A DNA stretch of 64,000 nucleotides from Octopus sinensis (GCF_006345805.1 NC_043024.1:18724001-18788000), one strand, 5' to 3'; shown: positions 11,755 through 24,237, numbered from the stretch's first letter. The notes: generated by a model not told the origin, from the sequence alone. Numbers and translations are program-made.

Positions 11755-13425
11755 TATACATATTAATATTTCAACAACCTAATCAAATGGCAAACGGTTT
11801 AAACAAGCGTTGGTCCTTTCTTTTAAGTTCTGTAAAGGAAATTTCAAGCACATAGAAGGAATGGTTATGTTGGCCATTTTACAAGAACAATATTGAAAAT
11901 GCTTTATTGTAAATCAATATTGTTTCACCAAATTACGGACACGTATACTTTCATTGCACATTGCGATACCTGCATCTGTTACATTTGTGAAATTTCCATA
12001 TATACATCGTACGTATTCACAAGGCGTATATTTGAAATGTGCACATGTACAATTCAAATAATTATAATGTTCTCATTTGCATTGCTCTATTTGCAATCTC
12101 TAATGTGTATATTTACATCTCCCTTGCAATATACGCAAGTGCAATGTGTATATCGTTGTTAAACAAGCGTTGTTAATGATGATGTATGTATATTTGAAAA
12201 ACTTCATTTCGCTATTCGTCTGATGATTGTTTGGCAAATATTTTCAGTGGGGAATTCTTCAAAAGACACAATTGAAATTCTTCAATGAAAATTACCGAAT
12301 AAAGCTTCCTTATTGAGAAGCAAGAAGCAAATGGTCTTTGTTGGGTGTAGCGCATTAACTTTGATCTAATAGCTATTCTGAATAACAATCATTTGCTCCA
12401 AGAAGACAGTTAATTGTTTAGCAGAAGCAATTAAATACCTATACGGAAAGGAAATGGAATAAGTTTGCAAGTGAGCATACATATGCACATGTATGTATGC
12501 ATGTATAAATGTATGCATGTATATATGTATGCATGCATGTATATATGTATACATACACACGTATACATACACATATATATCTTCACACACAAACACATGC
12601 ACATACATATAATTAAATATATGTGTGAGTGTGTGTGTGTATGTATGTATGTATATATAATATATATATATTTGCAACCCCTATCTCAATTTGTAATATA
12701 TATATATATAATCAATTTGTAATATATATATATATATATATCAATTTGTAATATATATATATATATATATATGCATTTATGTGTACATGTATGTGCATAT
12801 ATACATGGTCTGATCAATTAGTATCCGGACTGATGTCATAGTAACGATGCTAAAGCACGCACAGTAAAGTCGCTTGAGACTGTTGAAGTTGTGATTTGAA
12901 ACTGAATAAGGTTCAAATTTCGAGTACTTGTCGGTAACTTTTTGTTTTTCTCTCCTCCTCTTCTAATACCCAGCTTTCTAGGCTCTTCTCACAGCTATCC
13001 CGGGTTCAAAAATTATACGGGTATTTAAAAAATTTTTCATTCAATGAATAATATTTTTACACTACGTATACATCAATAGCGAGTTAAAACTTAAAAGAGA
13101 AAGTGAGAGACTTTGCAAATGAAAATGGAATACGCCGCAGAGAATGCAATGAATATTTAAATCTGTGATGAATTGGACGCAGGGAATATTTAAATTTGCG
13201 AGAAATTGGAGTTAAAATATTCAATAAACTTGAGAAATCGAAATTATAGGAAATTTCTTAGAACATGAATCTATAAAAATATTTCCAGACGTTCAATTTT
13301 TAAATAATTGCTTTCTTTAAGTACTCTTAGTAATTGTTACATACCTAATTAACAAGCAGCTTTCTCCATTATAGTATATATATATGCATGAATATATTTA
13401 CACACAGCATATGCAAACATTTAAT

Positions 13426-13456
<31 letters not shown>

Positions 13457-13637
13457 CGCACACACATATATATATAATATATTATATATGTATATATATG
13501 TATATATATATATTAAATATATATATATTATGTGTGTATATATATATATATATGTATATATATGTATATATATGTAATATATATATATGTATGATATGAT
13601 ATATACATATATATATATATATGTCTATATATATATC

Positions 13638-13699
<62 letters not shown>

Positions 13700-13749
13700 G
13701 TTGAATGACTGGCTCCTGTATGATCATTGAAGTTAAGCGACATGAATCC

Positions 13750-14900
13750 TAGTTATATGGGTGGCCACTTGGGAGACATAAATGCTGTAAGCGTCTAACT
13801 TGTAGGCATAGGCATGGCTGCATGCTATGAAGGAATCTACAGAGGATAATATTATTAAAGAATGAAAGAAATTTTGAAAAATAAGCAAATTAAGAATGCA
13901 AAATCGAATAACTTTTCACTATGCAACGATGTTTTAATGTACGTGCAAAGAGTACATTCTACACTACAGAAACGAATATTGCAGGAATTCCACAGTGGAC
14001 ACCTGGGAATGTCGAAATTGAAAACCTTAATGAGGAGCTATGTTTATTGGCCGACAATGGACCAGGGCATTGAAAACTGTAAAATCATCTAGAGGTTGTG
14101 CGCTAGCAGCCAAAGCGCCACTAGTGAAATACCAATCATTGCCTGAGATAGATAATCCGTGGTCCAGGGTACTTATTGACTATGCTGGACCGGTGAACGG
14201 CGCATTCTATCTAATCGTTGTTGATAGTGGTACAAAGTGGCTAGAGGTATGAAGGTGCAATGTACCAACTGCAAAGACAACAAAGTTCCTGTATGAATTA
14301 TTTGCCCGATACGGTGTTCCAGACACGTTACTATCAGATAACAGTACACAATTTATGGGTAGTGAATTCAAATATTCTTAAAAATACATGCGATAAAGCA
14401 TATTCTTACCTTGCCTTACCATCCGAGGTCAAATGGACCGGTAGAAAGATCCGTTGATGCTTTCAAGCGAGCGTTAAAAAAGCAAGGAATGACGTTGGTA
14501 ATGACGAAGCGCTAACGAAATGCTTGAAATTATACAGAGTAACGCCCAATCTGAATACCTGTTCAGGAAAGTCTCCAGCAGAGTTAATGTTCGCTCAAAA
14601 AATAAGATCGATCTGCGATAAATTATTGCCAAGAAAAAATATATTTAGAGGAAATACAGAAAATACAACAAAAAATTTCGAAGTAGGAGATAATGTTCAT
14701 TTTTTAAATTTACAAAAATGGTAAAGAAAGCTAGGAGGATAGTTTTTTTAACCAAAAGCATTAGGAAACATGATGTGTGTAATTAAAGAACAACGTTGGG
14801 AACATAAGAGACACCTAAATAATCAAAGATAAGACATAGTGAAAAACGAATGTAAATACCAATGGAAGTCTGCTACGGCATGTTTGAGGTGCCAGTACTG
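13750..14900 (+). pseudogene. Decayed Gypsy/Ty3 pol (integrase) remnant
   Basis: Frameshifted pieces read FHSGHLGMSKLKTLMRSYVYWP (HHCC region), PWSRVLIDYAGP, YLIVVDSGTKWLEV, FARYGVPDTLLSDN and YRVTPN..GKSPAELMF. Confidence 0.9.
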
Positions 14901-15099
14901 AAAGAGATTGAGCTTTGTAGAAGCAGCAGTGGAAAAACGAAACAGACTGTACACTTAGAAATAGTGCCGAAACAAAAAAGACATTAAATTTTCAAAAGAA
15001 GAAAAAACAGAAGCAGAAAAGGAGAGGGAGAGGTGCTGGAAAAAGAAAAAAGAAAATGAATTTCACTTCTTACAGAAGACGAAATCTCAAAAGGAGAGA

Positions 15100-15239
15100 T
15101 GTGATGAGAGTCACGGTGCCTCCTCATGGGAATACATTGGACCAAGTGATTGTGGGATCGTTACGTTGTTATTACAGCCGCATCGTTATCTTGTTTACTG
15201 TTACAACACTGGTACAGTATATCTAAACTGTCTGTCACA
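15100..15239 (+). mobile_element. Probable 3' LTR of the Gypsy remnant
   Basis: Purine tract aaaaggagaga (15089-15099) immediately followed by TGTGA...TCACA inverted ends. The right boundary is uncertain and may extend to 15261. Confidence 0.55.
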
Positions 15240-15274
15240 ATATCGGGGCGGCACCACGACATTTGGAGACGGAG

Positions 15275-16325
15275 GATGCAACAACTATCCACGAACATCT
15301 TAAGCAAATTGAGAAAAACATGCAAAGAAGGGATTTGGTTCCACATAAGCTTACGCTTGAGAACCGAACACAACGTTCCATCATCTGAAGCAGTCTTCTA
15401 ACCAGAAATGAAAATCTGTTATTACTGCAACGCATTGTTACAGGTGATGAAAATCGGGTTTGCATCACAACAGAAAACGCAAAAGACAATGGTTATCACG
15501 TAATGAGAGGCCAGTGCCAATATCAAAACCAGAACACCATCCACAAAATTCTATATTTAGTGGACATAAGTTAGTTAAGTTAAGTTAATTTTTTGGCTCA
15601 AAAAGCAAAAAGCAAGGCCATGTACAGGGAGGTTGTTCATGCAAAGAGTTCAAGCCATTTCTGGTCAAGGGAGACTTTGAACCGAGCGGTCGTCGGCATC
15701 TTCACTATCTCGTCCGGCAGCTTATTCCACGGATCCGCAACCCGGACGGAGAAAGCCCCTCTCCTTCGATTGAGATGAAATCGTCGCAGATAGAGCTTTT
15801 CGGAGTGACCCCGCAGCCGACGCTCTGGAGCAGGAGTGAAGAACAGCTCTTTCGAGAGGTTACACTTTCCGCTTATGATGTTGTGAGCAAGAATGAGATC
15901 ACCACGGCGTCGTCGTTTTTCTAGAGAATAAAGGTCGAGCGTCTTCAGCCTTTCTTCATAGGTATCGTCCATTATGAGCTACTGGAACAAGGAAGGACCA
16001 TCAGTGCAAATGTTAATTGCACACGATTTGATAGTGTAATTGAAAAATTTTGTTGAAAGTGTTATTATCCAGGACGACAAAGTATGGCCAGGCTCTTCAA
16101 AACAAATCCAAGAAAAAGTCAGATCGTTCGGATGGGAAGTTCTTCCACGTCCTTCAAACTCACCTGACTTCGCACCTTCGGATTTCCGTCAGTTCTGATT
16201 ACTAGAACATTTTATAAGTGAGCAAGTTGAAAACAGACTTTCAGACATTTTGTCAGGAAAAGAAATATATTTCTCAAAGATAAGTGGCATAAAAAAGTTA
16301 CTAACTTTTTGCGCTGCATTTGTTC
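15275..16325 (+). pseudogene. Decayed mariner transposase split by a CR1 insertion
   Basis: Left piece: WVPHKL-like and RIVTGDE. Right piece: IVHYELL and GWEVLPRPSNSPDFAPSDF. TIR-like end near 16290-16325. Confidence 0.85.
15569..15960 (-). mobile_element. 5'-truncated CR1-clade LINE with (TTAAC)n tail
   Basis: YEERLKTLDLYSLEKRRRRGDLI...AFSVRVADPWNKLP is a typical CR1 ORF2 C-terminus; tail ttaacttaacttaact. Confidence 0.88.
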
Positions 16326-16720
16326 AGAATGATGGTGATTACATTCTTGATTAAAACTATTCAGATAAACGTAGTTTACATTCGTTTATATATCATTTCT
16401 GGTAAAAGCAATTATTTTCCCAACACCTTATTACATATATATATATATGTGTGTATGTGTGTGTGTATATATGTATACATACACATACATATACACATGT
16501 ATGTATATATACATGTATATATATACATGTATATATATACATATATATATATATAAAAAAAGGAAATGAAGAAAATGCTGACAAAATGATTTAAGTAAGG
16601 GAGAGTGTATTTAATTAGGTGAAAGTTCTTTTTACCGGTTGCGCATTTGTTATGCTTATCAAAAGATATTTTTTTAAGAGAGATAGAGTTCCTTTCTGAT
16701 AGATTTTTTTCTCTTATCAT

Positions 16721-16776
<56 letters not shown>

Positions 16777-16778
16777 CC

Positions 16779-16821
<43 letters not shown>

Positions 16822-16915
16822 TAATCCAAACAAGAAAACAAAAAAGACAACAACGCAAAGAGGTGGAACAATAAAGTATTATTAGCGCTCAGGAAACAAG
16901 GGAAGAAGGAGGAGG

Positions 16916-16978
<63 letters not shown>

Positions 16979-17089
16979 TATCTATAGTCAATTGAAAAAA
17001 ACACAGAGAAAAAGAAAAAAGCGAACAAACGTTTAGGCGTGGCAGAAGCAATGCGTTAATAAGACGCTCAGAAAAGGAAAAGAGTAGAA

Positions 17090-17124
17090 GTTTTATGTTT
17101 CGAGCATAGCTCTTCTTCGGAAAC
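17090..17124 (-). ncRNA. Minimal hammerhead motif (core CCGAAGA) in a PLE-type terminal repeat (about 16820-17160)
   Basis: GTTT-CCGAAGA-A-GAGC-TAT-GCTC-GAAACATA^AAAC. Confidence 0.6.
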
Positions 17125-17269
17125 AGGAAGAAACAAGAAAGTCCAAGATGAAGGAGGTAAAATAATGTCAACAGTCACACGCGGTTACATTTTTGAAGTG
17201 ACCGGAAGTAGGAATGAAGAGAAAATGCTTTCTGGGACAGGAGAGTGTGAAAATGGTCAGTATGTATGT

Positions 17270-17690
17270 ATGTGAATCGGTTGCCTTTTGCAACCTCCAT
17301 CACCATAACAACATCGTCATCAAGACCAGCAGACAAAGATGGAGCAGCGGTGGTGTGGTGTGCAGACCTGTATAAGGAGGTAGCACTCCATCAGCTTCGG
17401 AGACCCCTCATTCTCTATTCCTTCATTCTCTCAGATCCTACACCCTCCTACCAGCAGCGTGTGTCCTCCACCATTCATGCCCTCATCTCCTCTTCTACCC
17501 CATTCCTACCATCACCAACCTCATCATCCGAACACCCCATACTCCCACCATCCATTTCCTTCCCAAAATACACCAGCCCAACAACCCTGGTCACTCCATT
17601 GTCTCCGACTGTAACTGCCTCTCAGAACACATCTTCAAATATCTCATCCATTCTTCCCCCTTTAGTCACTGCTCTCCTGTAACACTTCGA
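17270..17690 (+). pseudogene. Penelope-like RT N-terminal remnant
   Basis: RPADKDGAAVVWCADLYKEVALHQL...DPT resembles the PLE KPADKGGAVVVW..DLY..EA..QL motif. Confidence 0.7.
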
Positions 17691-18071
17691 AGTTACAGTT
17701 ATCAACAGCCATCAACAGACTTCAAAGCCACAATCAATACTCTTTTTGTGAAAGCATTATGAATTTGTATTCAACCAATTGTATTGAATAATCTTTCAAT
17801 CTAATGCAAAATTGTTTTCATTATATCATAAGCATCAATAATATCTAGGTATATATGTATGTTTGTATATGTATATGTACACATGTGTGTGTGTGTGTGT
17901 GTATTTATATATATATATATTTATACATACATATATAACTTCATCATCATCATCATCATTATTCAGCATTCATATTGCACGCTGCTTTCTCTCTCTCCTT
18001 TCTGTGTGTGAGTGTATATATATATGTTCCACATCCTTGCGTTGTTGTTTTTTGTTTTCTTGTTTGGATTA

Positions 18072-18153
<82 letters not shown>

Positions 18154-18161
18154 CTGTAAAT

Positions 18162-18600
18162 GTAATATGTGACAATTATTCGGTAGCCAAGATAAAACTC
18201 TGAGTTTCAGATGCTGAGGTGGAAATCCACGCCACCATCTCTTCAGTTATCGAGCCATCGGAAAAACGCTATGAAAAATGACCGTTATACAAAGGGAAAT
18301 TACTGTGTGATTGACCGCTATTAAGACAAAGGAGCTATTCGGATGACCGCTAAGTAAGGTAAGGGGATAAAAAGTTCATAGTATTCGCGAAAGCGCACCT
18401 GTTCATACTTATACATGTGCATCCGCACACCCACGTGCGTGCGCATACATTCATCCACCCTCACTTGAAAAAAGTACACATCCTCACTCGCATCCTTCGC
18501 CAAATGGCCGGATAACTGAAGAGATGGTGGCATGGATTTTCACCTCGGCATCCGAAACTCGGAGTTTTATCTTGGCTACCGAATAGTTGTCACATATTAC
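18162..18600. mobile_element. Foldback element with hammerhead motifs in both ~90-bp arms (minus 18191-18251, plus 18511-18571)
   Basis: Plus: GATAA-CTGAAGA-GATG..CATC-C-GAAAC-TCGGA-GTT^TTATC with a perfect 5-bp stem I. Confidence 0.7.
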
Positions 18601-18673
18601 TTTTACAGATAAATTCCTCCATTTATATAATATCGAGGTCTCTTTCTTTCTTTTGTTGTCTTACCATTTCTTT

Positions 18674-18708
<35 letters not shown>

Positions 18709-18766
18709 ATGGAGATGTACTTGCATAGCATGAGACCTAAACTGAGATCGTGTGCTGGAACGAAAA

Positions 18767-19048
18767 CAATTGCAGTGTGGAAGGTGTTTATAAGCCATTT
18801 AAGAAACACACAAAAACCGTTAGAATCACTTCAACATTTAAATTTAATTTGTCAAAATATTTTCGTCGCTTTGAGACCGCACCTGTTCACTGACAAAATT
18901 CCATGCTGCATCTCAGAATTTTGTCAGTGAACAGGTTGCGGTCTCAAAGCGACGAAAATATTTTGACAAATTTAGTTTAAATGCTGAAGTGAATTAACGG
19001 TTTTTGTGTGTTTTCTTAATGGCTTATAACACCTTCCACGCTGCAATT

Positions 19049-19049
<1 letters not shown>
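18767..19049. mobile_element. Foldback (~135-bp arms) with G3-C8 variant hammerhead motifs (minus 18848-18897, plus 18920-18970)
   Basis: Plus: TTTGTCA-GTGAACA-G-GTTGC-GGTCTCAAA-GCGAC-GAAA-ATAT-TT^TGACAAA with a 7-bp stem I. Confidence 0.7.
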
Positions 19050-19087
<38 letters not shown>

Positions 19088-19186
19088 ATATATATATATT
19101 ATATGTATATGGCAAATGATAGATATATAGATAGATAGATATAGATATACATGTAGATATATACATATATATGTATGTGTATGTGT

Positions 19187-19252
<66 letters not shown>

Positions 19253-19494
19253 ATATATATGTATGTATGTATGTATGCATACATATGATCTTGTACAGCT
19301 ATATAAATCCACACCTCTTTGATCTGTAACAAATTTGATAATTGCAAATGCATAAAACTCTCAACCCTTGAGTCACTCTGTTGCTTCTGCTAAATATTGT
19401 TATATATATATATATATATTTATTTATTTATGCACACAGATCTATATAGGTAAAGATAGATATATAATACATCATACACCATAGATACAAATAT

Positions 19495-19543
<49 letters not shown>

Positions 19544-20541
19544 GTGTGTGTGTGTGTATATGTAAGTGTGTGTGTATATAAATATAAATATAAAGATATA
19601 TAATATACATGCACACACACCAAAAGTAACAAGAATTACATACATACATATATCTATATATATATGTATATGTATGTGTGTGTATATATAAATATAAATA
19701 TAAATATATATATATATATACATTCACACACACACACACACATTTGTATATATACACACACACACCAAAAGTAACAAGAACTACATACATACATATATCT
19801 ATGCATATATATGTATATGTATGTATGTGTATATATAAACATAAATATGAATATATATAAACATAGATATAAATATATATATATATACACTTACATACAC
19901 ACACCAAAAGTAACAAGAATTTCATGTGCCTACCTGAATATACTCCTCCCTGCATTAAATATGTTAACACTATCTTAACAATCTACCTGTCTCATGACAC
20001 AATTATTTCTAATCAACTTTTTAATATTCCCAACATGAAATATTTTAACCTTACCTTACTAGCAGTAAAAATATTTGTTATGATATCAGCTCATCTGACA
20101 TATCATGGTGTTGATTTTAAACTGTTTTGGTGCCTTGCACACATACACTTTGCGTCAACTTGGGAGATTTGCTCTTCAAATTTTGCTTTGCCAGGCATTG
20201 ATTAAGATCAAAGCTTTGATACAAGTCTCTTGCTTAAGGTACCAATGTTATGTGATCAAATGCAGACCCATGGTAGTTGCAAACGGAACTTTCTAATTCA
20301 CGCAGCTCTGCTTTGCTCTCAGGCATGTATGTGTTGCTCTGAGCTGTGTTTCAGCCTCTTTAGATAATAATAGTAATGATGATGATGATGATGATGATGA
20401 GGAGGAGGAGGAGGATGAAAATGATAATGATGATAATAATAATAATAGTAATGATATTTTTAAAGGATTGCCGTAACTCCTCATGAAGGTGAACAGATAA
20501 TACAAAGGGCACTCTTCATATTGTCTAATAGTAATAATGAC

Positions 20542-20614
<73 letters not shown>

Positions 20615-20719
20615 TTGGGAAGACATTTTGCAAGAAATGGAAACAAAATTGAAGGATAAAATGTCATTGTATGACGTAAACAACAACAACAGCAGCAGCA
20701 AAAACAACAGCAGGAGTTG

Positions 20720-21080
20720 CAATGGCCCAATGGTTAGGGCAGTGGACTCGCGGTCGGAGGATTGTGGTTTCGATTCCCAGACTGGGCGTTGTGTGTGTTT
20801 ATTGAGCGAAAACCCCTAAAGCTCCACAAGGCTCTGGCACGGAGTGGTGGCAACCCCTGTTGTACTCTTTCATGCCAACTTTCTCTCACTCTTTCTTCCT
20901 GTTTCTTGTCCCCGACTTCCTACGCAACCACTGAGCCTGGATGCGCATTCATCCATCCGTCGATGCTCTCGGTGTCGAGGGTTGACCTGCTTTCTCTTCT
21001 GTAGGTCTTACGAATAGCAAAGGACCACGTTTCGGACTTCTCCCATCTTGCAAACTCTGGGACGAAGACCGTTCACTCAA
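20720..21080 (+). mobile_element. tRNA-headed SINE family C
   Basis: A-box-like tggcccaatggttag, B-box-like ggtttcgattcc, followed by a non-tRNA body and a CAA/CAG tail. Confidence 0.75.
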
Positions 21081-21410
21081 CAGCAACAGCAGCAACAGCA
21101 ATAACAGCAGCAACAACAATAATAATAATAATAATGATAGATTACATAATGATAAAACACACCTAAATGCACTCAAACACACACATATACACACACACCC
21201 GCACACACACACACTCATAGACATTCTCACAACACACACTTAGATACACACATCTCATCTTCATTTAACATCTACTTTTCCATGCTTACAAGGATCGCAC
21301 AGAATTTGTTGAAACCAATTTTCAATGGAGCAGTGGTCCTTTTGTTGTCAACCTTCACCTGTTTCCAGGTAAGGTAAGCATTTCCCTACGACCATAGTTT
21401 CACTGAAAAT

Positions 21411-21820
21411 TGGAAGCATGGCTGTGTAGTAAAAAGTTTGCCTCTCAATCAAATAGTTCCAGGTTCAACCCCACTGTGAGGCACTTTGCATTAGTGTCTT
21501 CTTCTATAGCCTCAGACCGACCTAAGCCTTATGAGAGGATTTGGTAGATGGAAACTGAAAGAAGCCCATCGTATATATATATATGTGTGTGTGTATCTTT
21601 GTGTCTGTGTTTGTTTTCCACCAATGGTTGATGACTGCTGTTGGTGTGTTTATGTCCCCATGACTTAGCGGTTCAGCAAAAGAGAACACTAGAGTATGTA
21701 CCAGGCTTTACAAAAAGAAAATATAAGTGCTGGTTTCGATTCATTCAACTAAAATTCGTCAAGGTGGTGCTCCAGCATGGCCACAGCCTAATGACTTAGA
21801 CAAGTAACAGATAAAAGAGA
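21411..21820 (+). mobile_element. SINE family A copy (diverged)
   Basis: Similarity to family A. Confidence 0.75.
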
Positions 21821-22019
21821 AAAGAAAAACAGCATCACTGGTATGGTGTTGATGCTCAGTTACAACGATAACATGATGTGAAGAAAAACACACACACATA
21901 CACATACATACAAAAATACACACACATACACATACAAACACACACATACACACACATGCACATAATAGGCTTCTTGCAGTTTTTGTTGATCAGATCCATT
22001 CACAAGGTTTTGGTCATGA

Positions 22020-22385
22020 TGATTATTTAAAGTGGATTGAACTTGTGGAAAAGAGAGACCCAGGAAGACATGGGACAAAGTATCGAAGGCTGACCTCAAA
22101 ACACTGAGCCTTAAGAAGGAGATGATAAAGGACCAAGATATCTGGTACCTTACTGTACTCAAGAAGACCCATCTGCCACAGCAGAATCGATACCAGTGCT
22201 GGTGCTCCATAAAAAGCACCCAGTACATTCCGTGGGGTGGTTGGCATCAGAGATGGTATCCAGCTGTAAGAACCATGCCAAAAACAGACAGTGGGGCCTG
22301 GTGCCGTCCCTGGCTCCTTACCAACTCCAGTCAAACCATCCAATCCATGCCAGCATCGAAAACAGACATTAAATGATGATGAAAA
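22020..22385 (+). mobile_element. RTE LINE 3' end (ORF tail plus 3' UTR, GAT tail)
   Basis: GRPRKTW-like tail followed by the shared 3' UTR. Confidence 0.75.
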
Positions 22386-22420
22386 TGATATTCATATATG
22401 TGTATGTGTGTGTGTATATA

Positions 22421-22701
22421 TATTCTGTTGTGTCTGGGGAGAGTCATTTTCTTTTTGTGCCTTGTAATTTAACACACTCACCGGTAAAATCTCCACTTCT
22501 TTATTTTCATTTTCCTAAAATTTTCATTGCGTCCTGCAACCTTTTCAATAGTTTTGTATGTAGAGTCAAGACTATTGAAAAGGTTGCAAGATGCAATGAA
22601 AATTTTAAGAAAATGAAAATAAAAAAGTGGAAATTTTACCGGTGAGTGTGTTAAATTACAAGGCACAAAAGAAAATGGCTCTCCCCAGACACAACAGAAT
22701 A
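22421..22701. mobile_element. Foldback (~130-bp arms) with U3-A8 variant hammerhead-like motifs (minus 22515-22551, plus 22572-22608)
   Basis: Near-perfect palindrome. Minus: CTA-TTGAAAA-G-GTTGC-AGGAC-GCAAT-GAAA-ATT-T^TAG. Confidence 0.6.
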
Positions 22702-22784
22702 TGCTTCAACACACAAACTCACACAAAGAATCTTGCAAACCAAATCCCAAAACGAAATAATGTGTGTGTGTGTGTGTGTGTGTG

Positions 22785-23155
22785 TATCAAATGGAACTTG
22801 TGGAAGTGGGAGACCCAGGAAGACATGGCATGAATTACTAAAGGTCAATCTGAAGACACTGAGCCTTAGAAAGGGGATGACAGAGGACTGAGTTTCTTGG
22901 TGCCTTGCTGTACTCAAGAAGACCTGCCCACAACATCAAAATTGATACCGGTGCTGGTGCCACATAAGAAGGACTGGTGCTGGTGCCATGTAAAAAGCAC
23001 CAAATGCACTCTGTGGAATAGTTGGCATTAGGAAGGGCATCTAGCCATAGAAACCATGCCAGAAAAGACAATGGGACCTGGTGTGGCCTCTGGCATGACC
23101 AGCTCTAGTCAAACCTTCCAACCCATGCCAGCGTGGAAAATGGATGTTAAGTGAT
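22785..23155 (+). mobile_element. RTE LINE 3' end
   Basis: Same family as 22020-22385. Confidence 0.75.
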
Positions 23156-23164
23156 GAGAGTGAA

Positions 23165-23510
23165 GGCTTTAGTGGCAGACTTAAAGAAAGACTCCGCCGG
23201 TTACGACGACGAGGGTCCCAGCTGATACGATCAACGGAACAGCTTGCTCGTGAAATTAACGTGCAAATGGCTGAGCATTCCACAGACACGTGTACCCTTA
23301 ACGTAGTTCTCGGGGATAATCAGTGTGACACAGAGAGTGACAAGGCTGACCCTTTGAAATACAAGTACAACTCATTTTTGCCAGCTGAGTGGACTGGAGC
23401 AACGTGATATAAAGTGTCTTGCTCAAGGACACAACACGTCGCCGGGAATCGAACTCACAACTTTACGATCATGAGCCGAATGCCCTAACCACTAAGCCAC
23501 GCGCCCTCAC
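23165..23510 (-). mobile_element. tRNA-headed SINE family D
   Basis: Reverse complement: gtgagggcgcgtggcttagtggttagg..gagttcgattcc..gtgtccttgagcaagacactt. A remnant of the same family lies at about 48850-48990. Confidence 0.8.
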
Positions 23511-23825
23511 CAGTGGCAGATTATTGCTCAATATGCTACCAAGTAGGAATGAATCTGGAAACATGTGATTAAGAAGCAAAATTTATCAAATTTATAATCA
23601 ATGCTGAGAAAAGAAACATTCACAAAACGAAATTAATCAGCAGTTTTCATTTTCTTTCTATCAAATGGAAATTATATATGCACATGCATATTTATATATA
23701 TACATGTAGATACACACACACATACACACATACATATATATAACATACACACAAACACACACATACATATATATAACATACACACAACACACACATATAT
23801 ATATGTATGTGTGTGTGTATATATA

Positions 23826-23870
<45 letters not shown>

Positions 23871-23882
23871 CATATATACATA

Positions 23883-23926
<44 letters not shown>

Positions 23927-24237
23927 GATGGATAGATAGATAGATACTTACATGTATATATATGTATATATATATATATAGCCATATGCATATATATAAA
24001 TCCATATGTATGTGTATATACACACACATACACACATATATATATAGAATACAATGATAAAGTAATTCTTTTACAGAACAAGTAATTAATCCATCAAGTA
24101 TTCTCAAACCACTTCTTTCTCAAGCAGAAATGATGCAAAAATAATAACAATAATAATAGCAATGATGATGACAATAATGATGATGATAAAGATAACGACA
24201 TCAACAATAATAATCACAATACTCTTTACTCTTTTCC

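Noticed and set aside
15262-15278. Primer-binding site after the LTR, implying a tandem Gypsy
   Set aside because: Imperfect match that overlaps the start of the mariner remnant.
20720-20785. tRNA genes at SINE heads (also about 23440-23510 and 39940-40005)
   Set aside because: A/B-box-like heads run straight into SINE bodies, with no complete cloverleaf or acceptor stem.
21022-21082. Antisense G3-C8 hammerhead-like motif at the 3' end of SINE C
   Set aside because: A long stem II and GAAAC..GTC are present, but A9 is missing and there is no stem I.
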